Below, piece by piece: positions 19,651-28,173 of a DNA stretch of 64,000 nt. The stretch comes from a virus. The notes beneath the pieces are model-generated. The model made no database searches and was not told where the DNA came from. It saw nothing but the letters and a program-made list of their open reading frames with translations. Position 1 is the stretch's first letter, and each line of letters begins with the position of its first letter. The stretch lies in IMG/VR virus record IMGVR_UViG_3300002461_000876, one strand, 5' to 3'. The position numbers and the translations under genes are program-made.

Positions 19651-19721
19651 CCGACGCGTGCCCAAGAAATCAGACGACTGCCCAAGAAGTCGCGCGTCCG
19701 ACCCATTTCTTGGGCAAAGCC
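19651..19721. repeat. Right end: two direct TGCCCAAGAA sites plus the inverted TIR
   Basis: Sites at 19659 and 19679; inverted site at 19707-19716; 19651-19674 matches 11951-11974 at 23/24. Confidence 0.9.
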
Positions 19722-19825
19722 ACATGAAGGAACTGACCAGGATCACCGAGCGTGCGGTCGGTCGAAAACCGGGCATGGTTCGACCCTCCGTCCGCTGGCC
19801 GCTACCCAAGTCGACGCGGGTTTGA
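19722..19825 (+). pseudogene. 3' part of the interrupted gene
   Basis: MKELTRITERAVGRKPGMVRPSVRWPLPKSTRV* continues the frame of 11453. Confidence 0.8.
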
Positions 19826-19827
19826 CC

Positions 19828-20199
19828 ATGGCGATGACGGAAGACGAGATTCTCGAGGTCATGAAGACGATTGATGAAGACGCCGATGGTCTTCGCATGA
19901 CCGGATCGACATGGAACGACTGGGGCGAGATCGAGTTCGTGACACCATCAGGTTGGCGCGTATCGGTGTTCAACGATTGCGGATCATGGGATTACATCGA
20001 CAGCATCCACAACCCTGAAGGCGTGTGCGTCTGGAGCGTTCCTAGCGAAGGCCCAAAGCCTCGAGATCCTATCTTCAACTTCACGCCGAAGAACATCGAC
20101 GCGTGGATCAACGCTCCACTTGTCGGATCTCCGCGTTCGAAGAAGAGAAAAACGTTGCTCCAGTCGATTTTATCCTGGTGGATGGATCTACTTTCCTAA
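19828..20199 (+). CDS. Hypothetical protein
   Basis: 123 aa ORF resuming the phage operon. Confidence 0.6.
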   Translation: MAMTEDEILEVMKTIDEDADGLRMTGSTWNDWGEIEFVTPSGWRVSVFNDCGSWDYIDSIHNPEGVCVWSVPSEGPKPRDPIFNFTPKNIDAWINAPLVGSPRSKKRKTLLQSILSWWMDLLS

Positions 20200-20281
20200 T
20201 GAAGCTCCCTGTTCGCCAAGGCGCATGGGGAGTGGAAGACGGGTCAGACCCGGAATCGTCGAAGAGATGCGAGGACTCGAG

Positions 20282-20575
20282 ATGACCCAGGTCGTTTGCC
20301 CGAAAGTTCAACCAGGCGGGGTCGCAGAGGGCGATCTTGGACGTCGCGTACTGGTCCGCGTCGACAACCCTCCAACGTCGCAGCCGCGATGGGCAGACGG
20401 TTACATTCCTGGAACCATCGCCGCGATCGCTGAGAATGGCGACGTGAGCGTCGTTCTCACTTGCCTCGACGAATCCGAGCTCGTCTTCCGCGCGATCGAA
20501 GATGGGTGGCGCGCGTCCTACCTCCACGGGTCCGAACGTCCGTTCTCGATGTTCTGGGACATGCGTGGAAGTTAG
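20282..20575 (+). CDS. Hypothetical protein
   Basis: GAGG RBS, ATG 20282. Confidence 0.5.
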   Translation: MTQVVCPKVQPGGVAEGDLGRRVLVRVDNPPTSQPRWADGYIPGTIAAIAENGDVSVVLTCLDESELVFRAIEDGWRASYLHGSERPFSMFWDMRGS

Positions 20576-20615
20576 GCTTGCGCACCACTCTTGAATGTCT
20601 TACAGGTGGTTGAGC

Positions 20616-20909
20616 ATGGTTGAGAACACAACGAACTTGTCTGACAAGGAGAGGCTCGTGCTTGAGATGCTGATCGATCGAGGCCCGCTCTACGGACTCG
20701 AGATGGTCAAACTCTCTAGGGGAGAGCTCAAGCGCGGGACCGTGTACGTGACTCTCTCTAGGATGATGGACAAAGGCTACGTCGAATCCTACGAAGAGGA
20801 TGCCAAGCCTGGTCATCGCGGACCTGCACGGAGAAAATACCGGGCGACAAGGCCAGGTAGGCGTAAGGTCGCGTTGACGTGGTCCTCCAGGCGCATCTTG
20901 TGTTTTTGA
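20616..20909 (+). CDS. PadR-family transcriptional regulator
   Basis: PLYGLEM...GTVYVTLSRMMDKGYVES...RRKYRAT. Confidence 0.8.
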   Translation: MVENTTNLSDKERLVLEMLIDRGPLYGLEMVKLSRGELKRGTVYVTLSRMMDKGYVESYEEDAKPGHRGPARRKYRATRPGRRKVALTWSSRRILCF

Positions 20910-20931
20910 AATGCGAAGGATCCTCGACTGA

Positions 20932-21132
20932 GTGAGCAGTTCCATGCCCAACCCTCTCCACCTCCGCGTCTTCGGCCACACGCCTGTCGGCAACCCCGAC
21001 CGGTGCGAGTTTCTCTGGAATCCGGACTACACGGCGTATCGCGTCCGCGATCTCGCGTGGTGGGACGAGCAGTCCTACGCGGCGTATCAGGTCGGGAACG
21101 ACACCGATCACGATGAAGGAATGGACCAATGA
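20932..21132 (+). CDS. Small hypothetical protein
   Basis: 66 aa, coupled to the next gene. Confidence 0.45.
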   Translation: MSSSMPNPLHLRVFGHTPVGNPDRCEFLWNPDYTAYRVRDLAWWDEQSYAAYQVGNDTDHDEGMDQ

Positions 21133-21848
21133 CCAAGAGCACCCATCTTCAGTGGATCTCGACACCTTTTGCCAGGGTTGCGAGTGAAGGAGACTACACC
21201 TTCGTCATGACGGCGAACCGCGCCGCCGGTCGTCCGAATCGGTACGACCTCACGGTGATCGTCTCCGGATCAGATCCGATCGTTCTTGGTCGCGAGATTC
21301 CTTCATCGCAGTGCAGGCTCCTCGCGTCAAGGTTCTGCGAGTCCAGCTCCCGCGAACAGGTCGGCATCAGGTGGCCGACGCCGCACGGCGGATACCGCAT
21401 CTTTCCGTGGTGCGGACGATGGTCATGGCACTACACGGAGGCTCACGACGGATACAAGTCCAGTGAAGAGGCGGAGGGGTCCGCCCGCGAGCACATGGGG
21501 CGCCTCGGGAAGGGGAAGGATCTCGTCGTCGCGTTCGCAGATTCCTTCGCAGCCTTCATCACCAGCCTGGACGGGTACGAGGCGACGCGGGAAGACCCGG
21601 ACGCCGACACGAATCATCTCGTCGGCAAGCTGGTCGTCGAAGCGGCGCGGACGTTCAGTCCTCCTTCGCTGTACGCAGCGTCCAGGATCGCTGCGTACAT
21701 GCGCCGTCGATCCAGTCAGCTCGTGGCCGACGACGACGACATGAAGCCCTACGACGATCTCGAGGCGGAGATGTCCGTCGAGGTCGATGTCTCCATCGCT
21801 CTTCGTTGGTGCGCGGACTGGGTCGAGAACAACTGCGAAGAGATCTGA
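21129..21848 (+). CDS. Hypothetical protein
   Basis: 239 aa ORF, ATGA overlap. Confidence 0.65.
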   Translation: MTKSTHLQWISTPFARVASEGDYTFVMTANRAAGRPNRYDLTVIVSGSDPIVLGREIPSSQCRLLASRFCESSSREQVGIRWPTPHGGYRIFPWCGRWSWHYTEAHDGYKSSEEAEGSAREHMGRLGKGKDLVVAFADSFAAFITSLDGYEATREDPDADTNHLVGKLVVEAARTFSPPSLYAASRIAAYMRRRSSQLVADDDDMKPYDDLEAEMSVEVDVSIALRWCADWVENNCEEI

Positions 21849-22354
21849 TGGCCTCGATCTTCAGGTTCCCGACCAACGCTCAGGAGATCTTCGAGGTATC
21901 GTCCAGGCTAGCTGCTGCATGTGGAGCTCAGTGGGGGATCTGGGCGACCGGATTCTCCTTGAACAGCACGTCGGTCTGCGCTTTGTGCCGAAGAGCCTTC
22001 GCGTTCCGAGAAGCCCTGACGTCCTGCCCTGAGTGCAACGCTCCGGTCCTCTGCTTCTCAGGTCGAGGAGAGTCGCGAACCTACACGGGTTTCAGATCCG
22101 CAGCGCTGGAGTACCTCCAGCACTGCAGCGAGCGCGGTATCGATCCTGGAGATCTTCCATCCCCGGAGTGGGGATCGGTTGACAACCACATCCGGTGGCG
22201 AGTACTCGAGGACGAGATCACGATCATGGTCGGCCAGATGTTCGCCTGCGTCCGTCCTGGTCGATCCATTCAGATCGGAGGCACCGGCATCGATGAGGAC
22301 CTCATCGAGCTCGGTCGCATCGTCCAACAGATGAGGAAGGAAGAAGAATCATGA
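21848..22354 (+). CDS. Hypothetical protein, GIDPG-PSP module family with Zn ribbon
   Basis: CALC...CPEC; YLQHCSERGIDPGDLPSPEW. Confidence 0.6.
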   Translation: MASIFRFPTNAQEIFEVSSRLAAACGAQWGIWATGFSLNSTSVCALCRRAFAFREALTSCPECNAPVLCFSGRGESRTYTGFRSAALEYLQHCSERGIDPGDLPSPEWGSVDNHIRWRVLEDEITIMVGQMFACVRPGRSIQIGGTGIDEDLIELGRIVQQMRKEEES

Positions 22355-22770
22355 AGTTCGTCGTTCGATGGTCGTTTTTCGTCAGTGGTGACGTCTCCGA
22401 GCTCGGGGCCTACGAGTCGTTCGGTCAAGCCGACACCGAAGCCATGGACATCAGATACACAGGCATCGCGTCGTGGGTCGACGTCGTCGCAGATCCTGGG
22501 AAGACCCCTACGTCGCTCCCCATGTCGGAAGAGACTGCGATGCACTGGAGGATGTCGAAGTGGTGGACACACGTCGATCCTCGAACCGCTGTCCTTGCTC
22601 AGCTCATCCAGCCCAAGGTGTGCATGCCCGTGGAGGACTTCCGGTCCATGCTCGCAGAGGTTCTAGGCGGTGAGGTGGTTCCGCCAGAAGCCCATCCGAA
22701 CCAGATCGAGGAGAGGATCATGCGTGGAAAGTGGCCGCCACAGATCGCTGAGGCGATGAACGGGACTTAG
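22351..22770 (+). CDS. Hypothetical protein
   Basis: 139 aa, ATGA overlap. Confidence 0.6.
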   Translation: MKFVVRWSFFVSGDVSELGAYESFGQADTEAMDIRYTGIASWVDVVADPGKTPTSLPMSEETAMHWRMSKWWTHVDPRTAVLAQLIQPKVCMPVEDFRSMLAEVLGGEVVPPEAHPNQIEERIMRGKWPPQIAEAMNGT

Positions 22771-22853
22771 AGGACGCCGATGGGACTCCTGATCTGGATT
22801 TTCCTCGTACTGGACTGCGTACTCGTCTACACCGTGATTCGGAAGCAAGAACC

Positions 22854-23057
22854 ATGAGCGAAGACAAGATCAAGATCGAGGACAAGGTCTCCCGTCACGA
22901 CCCCAGCAGCCAGAGCCACGGAGCGGTCGGACGCGTCGTCCAAGTGACCGAAAGCTCCATCGTCGTGGAATGGGACAACGTTCCCAAGGGGTGCCGTCGG
23001 ACCAGCGAGCTTGCCCTCAACGCAGAGGGAAAGCGGTGGAAGCGGGCCTGGCCATGA
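22854..23057 (+). CDS. Small SH3-like hypothetical protein
   Basis: IEDKVS...GRVVQVTESSIVVEWD. Confidence 0.55.
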   Translation: MSEDKIKIEDKVSRHDPSSQSHGAVGRVVQVTESSIVVEWDNVPKGCRRTSELALNAEGKRWKRAWP

Positions 23058-23338
23058 GCCAGGTCGCCTCGACCACCACGTACCCGGCACCTCTCCGATC
23101 GGGCCAGGTGGCGTCTCGGCCGATGTGGCTGGGACGATTCAAGATCCGCGACGTCGACACGTGCGGCGGGTGCGGAGAGGATGCCTCCCATGCCGCTACG
23201 TGGATTTTCCGAGGCGAGATCATCGTGTTAGGCCTGTGCGATCGTTGCTCCACGATCGCACAGGCCTACGGGGAGTCGAGGTCGTCCGAGTCGTTCAAGA
23301 TGCTCTCTGGGTCGGCCTTGCGTACACCGGTCCGGTAG
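23054..23338 (+). CDS. Hypothetical Zn-finger protein
   Basis: CGGC...LCDRC. Confidence 0.5.
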   Translation: MSQVASTTTYPAPLRSGQVASRPMWLGRFKIRDVDTCGGCGEDASHAATWIFRGEIIVLGLCDRCSTIAQAYGESRSSESFKMLSGSALRTPVR

Positions 23339-23404
23339 GGTAACTTCCTGGCCCGGGCCAAGGCTCGAGCGCTGAGGTCGAACGCGAAAAATCAAGGACT
23401 CGAC

Positions 23405-24013
23405 GTGAAGAGCTACCCCAGCATCCCTTCTGAGATCGTCGATCATCCGATCTACGCGTTCGACAAGCTCGACGGTTCGAACATCCGAGCGGAGTGGTCG
23501 AGGAAGCGTGGGTTCTACAAGTTCGGCAAGCGGAACCACTTACTCGATGACACCAACCCGATGCTTCAAGAAGCGCGTCAGCTCGTCACGGATGGATACG
23601 CTGAGACCATGGCGTCGATCCTCCACCAGCAGCGCTGGGACAGGGCGGTGTGCTTCTTCGAGTTCATCGGAGACAGATCGTTCGCCGGGAACCATGAAGA
23701 CGAGCCTCACCGCGTCGTGCTGTTCGACGTCGCTGGACCCAAGGGGATCCTCGAGCCCCGCGAGTACTTGAAGCTGTTCGAGGGGAGGGTTCGGATCGCC
23801 GATCTCCTCTACTCCGGAAACCCGAACCAGCTCTTCGTCGATCAGGTCCGGTCGTCTTCTCTTCCTGGGATGACCTTCGAGGGCGTCGTCTGCAAGGGCC
23901 GCTGGCTCTCTCCAGGCCGGCCCTTGATGTTCAAGCTCAAGAGCCAGGCCTGGATCGATCGAGTGAGAGCAAAGTTCAGCGGATCGGGACTTTTGGAAGA
24001 CCTCCTCTCGTGA
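23405..24013 (+). CDS. RNA ligase-like nucleotidyltransferase
   Basis: Motif I FDKLDGSNIR, VLFDV, FEGVVCK, MFKLK. Confidence 0.8.
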   Translation: MKSYPSIPSEIVDHPIYAFDKLDGSNIRAEWSRKRGFYKFGKRNHLLDDTNPMLQEARQLVTDGYAETMASILHQQRWDRAVCFFEFIGDRSFAGNHEDEPHRVVLFDVAGPKGILEPREYLKLFEGRVRIADLLYSGNPNQLFVDQVRSSSLPGMTFEGVVCKGRWLSPGRPLMFKLKSQAWIDRVRAKFSGSGLLEDLLS

Positions 24014-24621
24014 TGGTGGAGACCATGTCCAAAGACAAGACCCATGGGAACGCCAGCGCTGACGATGAGGTCGCGTGGAAGGTCGCAATCGCCCTGGCCG
24101 GTGACGACGACTGGGCGCGTTGGGCTTCAGGCCAGAACGCCGCCGACGCTCATCGCGAAGAACTGCGAGCGAAGCTTGAGAGAGATGCCATCGCTGCCGG
24201 ATCATCCGAGACGTGGGCCGCCCGCGAGGCCAGGAACTGGACGAACGGCGCTCGCATTGTCCCCACTCCCGTGCCTGCTCCCTGGGACGTCGACGCGTAC
24301 CTGGCCGACTGCGCACGACGTCAGGTGGAGCCGGGGCCGCTGCCGTCGCTGGAGTACCACGCTCCTCGCGAACGCGGGCTTGGATGGAAGGTGCAGCCGT
24401 CCAAGGCGCGCATCCTCGTCCTGTTCACGTTCGACGGCGGAACCGTCGCAACGTGGGCATCAGACCACGACGGGATCCGTTTCACGCCTGACGGAATGTG
24501 GCAAGCCAGGGATCTCGTCGCCCGCATCGTCGATGGCGCCAGCGCGGCCAAGAGAGCGATGGAGGGCGCGCGGTCGGATGCCGCTACTGCTGATTCTCGT
24601 GATGGTGGAGACCTCACATGA
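24010..24621 (+). CDS. PAPWD-module family protein
   Basis: SADDEVAWKVAIALA...PVPAPWDVDAYLADCARRQVEPGPLPSL. Confidence 0.7.
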   Translation: MMVETMSKDKTHGNASADDEVAWKVAIALAGDDDWARWASGQNAADAHREELRAKLERDAIAAGSSETWAAREARNWTNGARIVPTPVPAPWDVDAYLADCARRQVEPGPLPSLEYHAPRERGLGWKVQPSKARILVLFTFDGGTVATWASDHDGIRFTPDGMWQARDLVARIVDGASAAKRAMEGARSDAATADSRDGGDLT

Positions 24622-25583
24622 CCGACGCGCCGAAGCACTACACGATCGATCGCCCGGATCTCACCCGCGAGGGGAAGGTCTACATATGGTACGCCGATGG
24701 CTCGCTTCCGGAGTTCACTTCTAGCGACAAGGCCATCGAAGCCGCGCAGCGCCACGCCGACGCCGTGGTTGCCGACTCCCCAGAGTTGGCCGAGGCCCGG
24801 GCTCAGATCGCAGCGTTGAAGGCCGAGGTGTCCCGGCTGGTCGGAGCGCTCGAGCTCGCTGGCGAGCGAATCGTGCAGCACGTCACGGAACGCGACGCCG
24901 CGCTCGCCGAAGTTGTGGCTGTCTCCGCAGCAGCGGACAGTGCTCGCGCCGACGCGAAGCGTCGCATGCTCGCGTGTCGGGAACTATACGCCGGGAACAG
25001 GTCGTACCGGGCGATCACGGCCGCGTTCAAGGCGGCCTTCGGGAATGATGCCGATGAAGAGCCCGTCGCTCCTGCAACGACTGACGTCCAGGAAGTCGAG
25101 CGCGTGATGACTGCAACGGACCCCAGCGCTGACGAGGAGGTCGCGTGGAAGGTCGCGATCGCCCTGGCCTGCGCATCCAACCTCCGATGGGGGTTCTACG
25201 CGCGAGGCTATCCCGGGATCAACTCGGAACACGGGCCGATACCGCCTGTACCTTGGGACGCCGACGCGTACCTGGACGACTGCGCGCGGCGAGGGGTGGA
25301 GCCGGGGCAGATGCCGTCACTGTTCGGAGTCTCCAGTGGAGTGTCGTGGTCGGTCGACTACGCCGATGGCATCCACGTCGTCTTCCATCTCGTCGGCGGT
25401 CCGGCGGGAGTGCACGCAGTGTGGTTCGATCGCGGAGATCGACTCGTGTTCTTCAACGACCCGCGCAGCGCCGCGCGTTCTGTGCACCCCCGCGAGATCG
25501 TCGGCACTATCCACTGCCTGGCCACCGCGGCCAAGAGATCGATGGAGATCGGGAAGAAGTTCTTCCAGGAAGTTGGTGCGTGA
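24618..25583 (+). CDS. Coiled-coil protein fused to a PAPWD module
   Basis: SADEEVAWKVAIALA...PVPWDADAYLDDCARRGVEPGQMPSL. Confidence 0.7.
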   Translation: MTDAPKHYTIDRPDLTREGKVYIWYADGSLPEFTSSDKAIEAAQRHADAVVADSPELAEARAQIAALKAEVSRLVGALELAGERIVQHVTERDAALAEVVAVSAAADSARADAKRRMLACRELYAGNRSYRAITAAFKAAFGNDADEEPVAPATTDVQEVERVMTATDPSADEEVAWKVAIALACASNLRWGFYARGYPGINSEHGPIPPVPWDADAYLDDCARRGVEPGQMPSLFGVSSGVSWSVDYADGIHVVFHLVGGPAGVHAVWFDRGDRLVFFNDPRSAARSVHPREIVGTIHCLATAAKRSMEIGKKFFQEVGA

Positions 25584-26164
25584 TGCTCACGCCGGACCAC
25601 AGCACTGACGATGAGATCGCGTGGAGAATCGCGATCGCCCTGGCTCTGGCGCTGCCCAATCCGCCTGACTGGGCGCGATGGGCTGCGGGATGGACCGCCC
25701 CGTGCACGTGCGATCCGTACCGTGGTGACGACGGGTTCGGCTCCCGCATGTACCACAACAGCAAGTGTATCGACCCAGGCGCGCTTGCAGAGCGCGGACA
25801 TCTTGCGCTCAGAGAGCGTCGCTACATCGAGGCTCGCGCGACTCCTGTGCCTGCACCCTGGGACGTCGACGCGTATCTGGCCGACTGCGCGCGACGTCAG
25901 GTGGAGCCAGGACCGATGCCGTCGCTGGAGTGGACGGGTCCGGATGGGTTCGGGTGGTCGGCGCGTCGGGTCGACCGTGGAATCTATGTCGAGTTTTTCG
26001 ACAGCGCAGAGGCGTTCGCAGGATGGCAGTCGTGGGACAATGTCATGGACTGGTACACGACGGCCGATTGGGACGAGACCCACAGCGCGAAGGTGCCTCT
26101 TGCCGTTTCCGCCCGCATCGTCACCCTGGCCACCGCAGCGGCAGAAGCGAGAGGTGGGACGTGA
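25583..26164 (+). CDS. PAPWD-module family protein
   Basis: STDDEIAWRIAIALA...PVPAPWDVDAYLADCARRQVEPGPMPSL. Confidence 0.7.
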   Translation: MLTPDHSTDDEIAWRIAIALALALPNPPDWARWAAGWTAPCTCDPYRGDDGFGSRMYHNSKCIDPGALAERGHLALRERRYIEARATPVPAPWDVDAYLADCARRQVEPGPMPSLEWTGPDGFGWSARRVDRGIYVEFFDSAEAFAGWQSWDNVMDWYTTADWDETHSAKVPLAVSARIVTLATAAAEARGGT

Positions 26165-26556
26165 AGAAGCCATACGCCCTCTCCGGTCTCATCGACAAGC
26201 TGTACTGGCGCGCAGCAGGAGGCCGCTACTGCTGCTTCAAGAAGAACCAGGGTGGCGGATTCAGCTCGTTGTGCGAGAGGTTCACGCGCGAGCGTTCTCA
26301 TGGTCAGGCGGTCGACCGGCCGGAGGTGAATCTCCGCTGTGGGATCTGTGATGGACGCGAAGCTGAGCGACGCGGATGGGACGAGTCCGGTCCCGCTACC
26401 GTTCGCGTGACCACAGAGGCGATGCCCAAGTACGTTCCCGTTCCGACACTGGATCCGAGCTCACCCGAAGCGATCGCGATCAAGTCGAAGTGGCACGGCT
26501 CCGGACAGTACCAGGGGTCCGTTTCTCGCCATCAAGCGAAGGAGAAGAACCGATGA
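26161..26556 (+). CDS. Hypothetical Cys-containing protein
   Basis: GTGA overlap; CGICD motif. Confidence 0.55.
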   Translation: MKKPYALSGLIDKLYWRAAGGRYCCFKKNQGGGFSSLCERFTRERSHGQAVDRPEVNLRCGICDGREAERRGWDESGPATVRVTTEAMPKYVPVPTLDPSSPEAIAIKSKWHGSGQYQGSVSRHQAKEKNR

Positions 26557-26903
26557 CCATCGCAACGGCCACGGACGACGACGACAGCATCCTGATCCCC
26601 AGGGTCCCAGTGTTCGATGCGGACGACTTCGATCGCGCCTACCGACAGGTGATACGTCCGTGGAGAGAGGAACTCCGATCCGCTGGCGGTTTTTCTATCG
26701 TTCGCAAGACCGAGGACGGGTACAAGATCTGGCTGAGGGGACCCGCGTCTGCTGTCGCAAGGATCAGGGTGCCGCTTCTCGAGTTCGGACGCGTCCTGTC
26801 ATCGCTCGCGTCGGTTCCCGCTGGATCGAGTGACGACACGATCTGCAACGCCATCGTTGCGGCCGGAGACAAGTACTTCGGGCGAAAGGAATCTTGCTCA
26901 TGA
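26553..26903 (+). CDS. Hypothetical protein, paralog of the C-terminus of 40822..41361
   Basis: AYRQVIRPWREELRSAGGFSIVRKT vs VYERVIRPWREIVRSSGGMTIVRRT. Confidence 0.65.
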   Translation: MTIATATDDDDSILIPRVPVFDADDFDRAYRQVIRPWREELRSAGGFSIVRKTEDGYKIWLRGPASAVARIRVPLLEFGRVLSSLASVPAGSSDDTICNAIVAAGDKYFGRKESCS

Positions 26904-27466
26904 GCAGAGACGGACAAGTGAACACCGTGAGCAGGTCGAGGCCACACTCTGAAGTCGACTGGCGCGGAGGATTCGGGATCGTCGATGAGCCTACCGATCC
27001 GATTCTTCAGGCCAAGATCGCGGTTTGCCTCGCATGCTTCTGCGAAGAGACGTGGGCGATCTGGGCGGCGAGGATCCTCAACCGTGGAGATCAGTGCTCG
27101 AGGCCTTGCGACGACTTCGAGTGCTGTCCCAGTCGATGGTCTGGGATCGCCACGCTCAAGGATGCGTACAAGAAGAGGAGGCGCGCGTCTCGAGTCGAGA
27201 TCGAATCGGACGCCGAGCCTTCTCTCGAGGGACGGAGCAATCCCAAGAGCATCTACTGGTGCGTCGGGATCCGTTCGACCCACATCATCGTGAACAAGTT
27301 CATCGCCTTCGTTCACCACGACGCCCGAAGATCGGGGAAGATCGACATCCAGGGGACAGGCGTTGACGACGAGCTCGAGATCCTCCGACGGTTGACTCAT
27401 GCTGCCGTGGCACGGACAGCGCTCGCAGTCCTGGACGATGCGGCCGCGAAAGCGATGGTCCCGTGA
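26900..27466 (+). CDS. Hypothetical protein
   Basis: 188 aa, ATGA overlap. Confidence 0.55.
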   Translation: MSRDGQVNTVSRSRPHSEVDWRGGFGIVDEPTDPILQAKIAVCLACFCEETWAIWAARILNRGDQCSRPCDDFECCPSRWSGIATLKDAYKKRRRASRVEIESDAEPSLEGRSNPKSIYWCVGIRSTHIIVNKFIAFVHHDARRSGKIDIQGTGVDDELEILRRLTHAAVARTALAVLDDAAAKAMVP

Positions 27467-27554
27467 GTCTCTGCCAGCACCAAGAGTCGGCGATGAGCCC
27501 GGGCATGTGCTGCCACTGCGGCATCGACTTCGGAGACGGCGACGACGTCGAATC

Positions 27555-27800
27555 ATGGAGATCAATCCGATGCGCCCGCCGATCCCGGCGCCGCGCACTG
27601 CTCCGCCGGTTCGTCCGGCCAAGGAACACGACATGATCGACCTGCAAGACGCCCGACGGCAGCTCACCATCACCGCCCGCGAGCGACGCATCGCACGAGA
27701 GGAGGAAGATCGCGAGATTCGATGGGCGTGCCTCGAACGTCTCCGCCGAATCCGCGAGAACCGGCGACTCACCCGAAGATCCGAAACGACGACAGCATGA
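27555..27800 (+). CDS. Small basic hypothetical protein
   Basis: Open frame with a coiled-coil-like C-terminus. Confidence 0.45.
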   Translation: MEINPMRPPIPAPRTAPPVRPAKEHDMIDLQDARRQLTITARERRIAREEEDREIRWACLERLRRIRENRRLTRRSETTTA

Positions 27801-27813
27801 GGAGATCCTGGTC

Positions 27814-28146
27814 ATGGCAACGAAGCCTCCGCGTCGTCAGTGCCGTCGATGCCCATGGAAGACGTCGACGGGCCGGAACATCCCGAACGGTTTCGCTCAC
27901 GACGCCCGCGAGCTGATCCAGCGCATGGTTGCCCGATCGGCATCCTTGATCGACAGTCATGAGATCGCGCAACAGTGCCACGAGACCCCTGACGACGATC
28001 CGCTTCCATGCGTGGGTTGGCTCGTCAACCAGCTAGGTCCGGGCAACAACCTGCCGCTGAGGCTCAGGGTCATGTTGGGCCAGGTCGATGCTGACGTGGT
28101 AACGGTCGGACCTCAGCATCAGCGGATCGAAGACATCGTCCCCTAG
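27814..28146 (+). CDS. DUF6283-like Cys/His protein
   Basis: CRRCPW...CH...CVGWL...NLPLRL. Confidence 0.6.
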   Translation: MATKPPRRQCRRCPWKTSTGRNIPNGFAHDARELIQRMVARSASLIDSHEIAQQCHETPDDDPLPCVGWLVNQLGPGNNLPLRLRVMLGQVDADVVTVGPQHQRIEDIVP

Positions 28147-28173
28147 AGTTCATCGAACAAGGAACATCAAACC

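Larger units (their letters stand above)
11916..19721. mobile_element. 7,806-bp cargo-carrying transposon, IS5 family IS903-like, SWIM-DDE transposase
   Basis: Perfect 15-bp TIR GGCTTTGCCCAAGAA (11916-11930) / TTCTTGGGCAAAGCC (19707-19721); 9-bp direct repeat ACATGAAGG at 11907-11915 and 19722-19730; one internal DDE gene. Confidence 0.93.
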
